From an uncultured Pelagibacteraceae bacterium (GTDB lineage: Bacteria > Pseudomonadota > Alphaproteobacteria > Pelagibacterales > Pelagibacteraceae): DNA of 64,000 nucleotides. Location: the NCBI GenBank assembly GCA_902567685.1, contig CACFNH010000004.1, positions 3,563-67,562 on the forward strand. Direction: 5' to 3'. The notes beneath the pieces are model-generated. The model had not been told where the DNA came from and did not search any database. It worked only from the letters and a program-made list of their open reading frames with translations. A program made the position numbers and the translations under genes. Below are positions 61,185 through 64,000 of this stretch, piece by piece (the stretch's first letter is position 1; the number at the start of each line of letters is the position of its first letter).

Positions 61185-61840
61185 TATCTTTTTAAACAAA
61201 CAGTAAGTCCGTCTCCTAATGGGAGAATAACATTTTTAATTCTATTGTCTTTTTTGATATAAATATTAAACTCCCTCATAATATCAACAAATTTATCTTT
61301 TTTTAATTCGTTGGCAACATTACCACGCCATAAAGTGTTGTCTATGATCAGAAGACCATCCTTTTTCAAAAGTTCTAATGAATTTTCATAATAATTCTTA
61401 TAATTTTCTTTGTCTGCATCAATAAAAATCAAATCAAATATTTTATTTTTTTTTTTCAAATCTTTGATCGTTTCTAAAGCTGGATTTATTATCTGTTCAA
61501 TCAGATTATGTAAATTTGCTTTTTTAAAAAAACTCTGGGCAATTAGACTAGTTTTTTTATCTTTGTCTAAGGTAATAAGTTTTCCATCTTTAGGTAAAGC
61601 CAATGCCATTGACAAAGCACTAAAACCCGTAAAGGTTCCAATCTCTAAAATATTTTTAATTTTTGCTATCTTTATAACCATTTGAAAAAAATGCGCTTGT
61701 GAAATTGAAATTTGCATTCTTTTAATCTCTCCAAGTTTATTGTTTTCTTCTATAAGCTCTTTTTGTATCGGATGTAAATTTTCAGAATGATTTATTATAT
61801 ATTTCTCTAAATTTTCATTTAAATCTAAATTTTTAGGCAT
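61184..61840 (-). CDS. Methyltransf_3 (CCoAOMT/TrmR-like) O-methyltransferase
   Basis: LEIGTFTGFS, FIDADK, DNTLW, GDG. Confidence 0.88.
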   Translation of the reverse strand: MPKNLDLNENLEKYIINHSENLHPIQKELIEENNKLGEIKRMQISISQAHFFQMVIKIAKIKNILEIGTFTGFSALSMALALPKDGKLITLDKDKKTSLIAQSFFKKANLHNLIEQIINPALETIKDLKKKNKIFDLIFIDADKENYKNYYENSLELLKKDGLLIIDNTLWRGNVANELKKDKFVDIMREFNIYIKKDNRIKNVILPLGDGLTVCLKR

Positions 61841-61842
61841 AA

Positions 61843-63312
61843 TTAGCCTTTAAGTAGTTTTTTAAGAATTTCGTTAACTAACTGTGGATTCGCTTTGCCT
61901 TTGGACATCTTCATTACTTCGCCAACAAAAAAACCAAATATTTTTTCTTTTCCAGACTTATATTTTTCTACATTAGTTTTATTTTTTTCTAAAATTCCTT
62001 TAATTATTCTTTCAAGTTCCTTTGGATCGCTTTGCTGTTTAAGTCCTTTGGACTCTATAATTTTCTTTGGATTTTCTCCAGATTGCGCCATATGTTCAAA
62101 AACTTCTTTCGCAATTCTTCCAGATATTTCTCCAGATTTAATATATTTAATAAGTTCTCCTAGATTTTTTGCTGAAACAGGAGACTTTGTAATACTTAAA
62201 TCTTTATTATTAAGAAGTGCAAATAAATCACCCATGATCCATGTAGCAGCAAGTTTTTTATCTGAAGATTTAGCAACATCTTCGTAGAAATCTGAAATTT
62301 CTTTTTCTGAAACTAAAACATTGGCCTCGTATGGAGTAAGAGCATACTCTTTGATAAATCTATCTTTTTTTTGGTCTGGTAATTCAGGTAACTTTTTTCT
62401 TATATCATCAATTAAATCTTTATCTATTTTTAAAGGTAAAAGATCTGGGTCAGGAAAATATCTGTAATCATGAGCATCTTCTTTTGATCTCATAGATCTT
62501 GTTTCATTTTTTTTAGTATCAAAAAGACGTGTTTCTTGATCAATTGATTTTCCATCTTCTAGTAATTTCACTTGTCTTTTAGCTTCATAATCTATTGCCA
62601 TTTGCATAAATTTTATGGAATTTACATTCTTTATTTCACATCTAGTTCCTAAATTTTTTTCCCCTAATTTTCTTACTGAAACATTTACATCTGCTCTTAA
62701 AGATCCCTCTTGCATATTTCCATCACAAGTTCCTAAATATCTCATAATAGATCTAAGTTTTTTTACGTAAGCATTTACCTCATCTAAGGATCTTAAATCT
62801 GGCTTGCTGACAATTTCCATCAAGGCTATTCCAGATCTATTTAGATCTACATATGTGTTGTTTGGATCAATATCATGAATACTTTTTCCCGCATCTTGTT
62901 CCAAATGAAGTCTCTCAATACCTACTGTTTTGCTTCCATTGGGTAAATCTAAAACAACTTTACCTTCGCCTACAATTGGATTTTTATATTGAGATATTTG
63001 GTAACCTTGGGGCAAATCAGCATAAAAATAATTTTTTCGATCAAAAACAGAATGCAAGTTAATTTTTGCATTTAGTCCTAATCCAGTTTTAATAGCTTGC
63101 TCAACACAGTAATTGTTAATTACTGGAAGCATTCCTGGAAAAGCAGAGTCTACGAGACTGACCTGTGTATTAGGATTTGCTCCAAACTTTGTTGAAGATC
63201 CAGAAAATAATTTTGAATTGGAAATTACTTGGGCATGTACTTCTAGACCTATAACCACTTCCCATTTATTTTTGTTTCCTTTAATAATATATTTTGAATC
63301 ATTTTTGTTCAT
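61843..63312 (-). CDS. gatB: Asp/Glu-tRNA amidotransferase subunit B
   Basis: [32 protein letters not shown]; start taken at ATG 63312. Confidence 0.96.
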   Translation of the reverse strand: MNKNDSKYIIKGNKNKWEVVIGLEVHAQVISNSKLFSGSSTKFGANPNTQVSLVDSAFPGMLPVINNYCVEQAIKTGLGLNAKINLHSVFDRKNYFYADLPQGYQISQYKNPIVGEGKVVLDLPNGSKTVGIERLHLEQDAGKSIHDIDPNNTYVDLNRSGIALMEIVSKPDLRSLDEVNAYVKKLRSIMRYLGTCDGNMQEGSLRADVNVSVRKLGEKNLGTRCEIKNVNSIKFMQMAIDYEAKRQVKLLEDGKSIDQETRLFDTKKNETRSMRSKEDAHDYRYFPDPDLLPLKIDKDLIDDIRKKLPELPDQKKDRFIKEYALTPYEANVLVSEKEISDFYEDVAKSSDKKLAATWIMGDLFALLNNKDLSITKSPVSAKNLGELIKYIKSGEISGRIAKEVFEHMAQSGENPKKIIESKGLKQQSDPKELERIIKGILEKNKTNVEKYKSGKEKIFGFFVGEVMKMSKGKANPQLVNEILKKLLKG

Positions 63313-64000
63313 TAATTTTCCCACCATTTTTTAAGAGACTGTTTAAAAACAGATCTTTTTTCTATTGCAAGAGCAATGTTTAATAATTTTTGTTCATCTA
63401 GAGTTTTGCCTATTAATTGAAGCCCAAGTGGAAAGCCTTTTTTGTCTCTTCCAGATGGAACTGAAATTGCTGGAATGCCTGCTAAATTAGCTGGTACTGT
63501 AAATATATCATTTAGATACATTGAAATAGGATCGTCTTTTTTTTCACCAATTTTAAAAGCCGCACTTGGTGTTGATGGAGTTAATATAGCATCTACGTCT
63601 TTAAAAGATCTATCAAAGTCCTCTTTGATTAATTTTCTAACTTTTTGTGCTTTAAGATAGTAGGCATCATAATACCCTGAAGATAGAACATAAGTACCAA
63701 TTAATATTCTTCTTTTAACTTCATCTCCAAAACCTTCAGACCTAGTGTTTTCATACATTTCGATTAAATTAGAACCCTTAGTTGATCTATATCCGTATTT
63801 AACTCCATCATATCTCGCTAAATTTGATGAAGCTTCAGCAGGTGCCACTATATAATAAGTTGGCAATGCATACTTTGTATGACTTAAAGATATATCTATA
63901 ATTTTTGCACCAGCATCTTTAAGAATTTTTTTTCCATTCTCCCAAAGATTATCAATTTCTTTAGGCATGTTTTCCACTCTATACTCTTTGGGTATTCCTA
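63312..64000 (-). CDS. gatA: Asp/Glu-tRNA amidotransferase subunit A, 3' part (gene starts beyond the window)
   Basis: [34 protein letters not shown]. Confidence 0.95.
   Translation of the reverse strand, partial: GIPKEYRVENMPKEIDNLWENGKKILKDAGAKIIDISLSHTKYALPTYYIVAPAEASSNLARYDGVKYGYRSTKGSNLIEMYENTRSEGFGDEVKRRILIGTYVLSSGYYDAYYLKAQKVRKLIKEDFDRSFKDVDAILTPSTPSAAFKIGEKKDDPISMYLNDIFTVPANLAGIPAISVPSGRDKKGFPLGLQLIGKTLDEQKLLNIALAIEKRSVFKQSLKKWWEN

Noticed and set aside
1-64000. CRISPR array, IS element, rRNA
   Set aside because: No regularly spaced repeats, transposase or rRNA sequence seen

Overview
Very AT-rich, densely packed alphaproteobacterial chromosome segment. Gene content and synteny strongly suggest SAR11/Pelagibacterales. 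Positions 1-9.35 kb (+ strand) hold a DMSP demethylation cluster (FadN-like 3' end, dmdC, dmdB, OsmC, enoyl-CoA hydratase, alpha/beta hydrolase, a divergent dmdA), plus an NDUFS4-like gene, sbmA/bacA and an AEC transporter. The junction at 9.35-11.2 kb contains an unusually long intergenic region, a phage-type cupin gene and a lone Cre-like tyrosine recombinase. The recombinase is directly preceded by a perfect TTTCCGATAA-N7-TTATCGGAAA (dif/loxP-like) site overlapping its sigma70 promoter, at the point where gene orientation converges. This is the best candidate for an undescribed system: single-recombinase chromosome dimer resolution. Beyond it are glycosyltransferases and an L-lyxonate-type sugar-acid catabolic island with a TTT transporter next to tRNA-Glu. 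A long run of core genes follows (recJ, glpX, hom, argC, rplM-rpsI, plsX, hppA, rib operon, nrdR, glyA, hemB, recO-rnc-lepB-acpS-pdxJ-pyrE-spoT-folK-smpB-dapA, slt, tRNA-Ser). The window ends with thiV under a variant TPP riboswitch, umuDC with an alphaproteobacterial SOS box, an amino-acid ABC SBP/permease pair, MATE, trhO plus an O-methyltransferase, gatB and partial gatA. All family assignments come from motif recognition and memory, not database searches.
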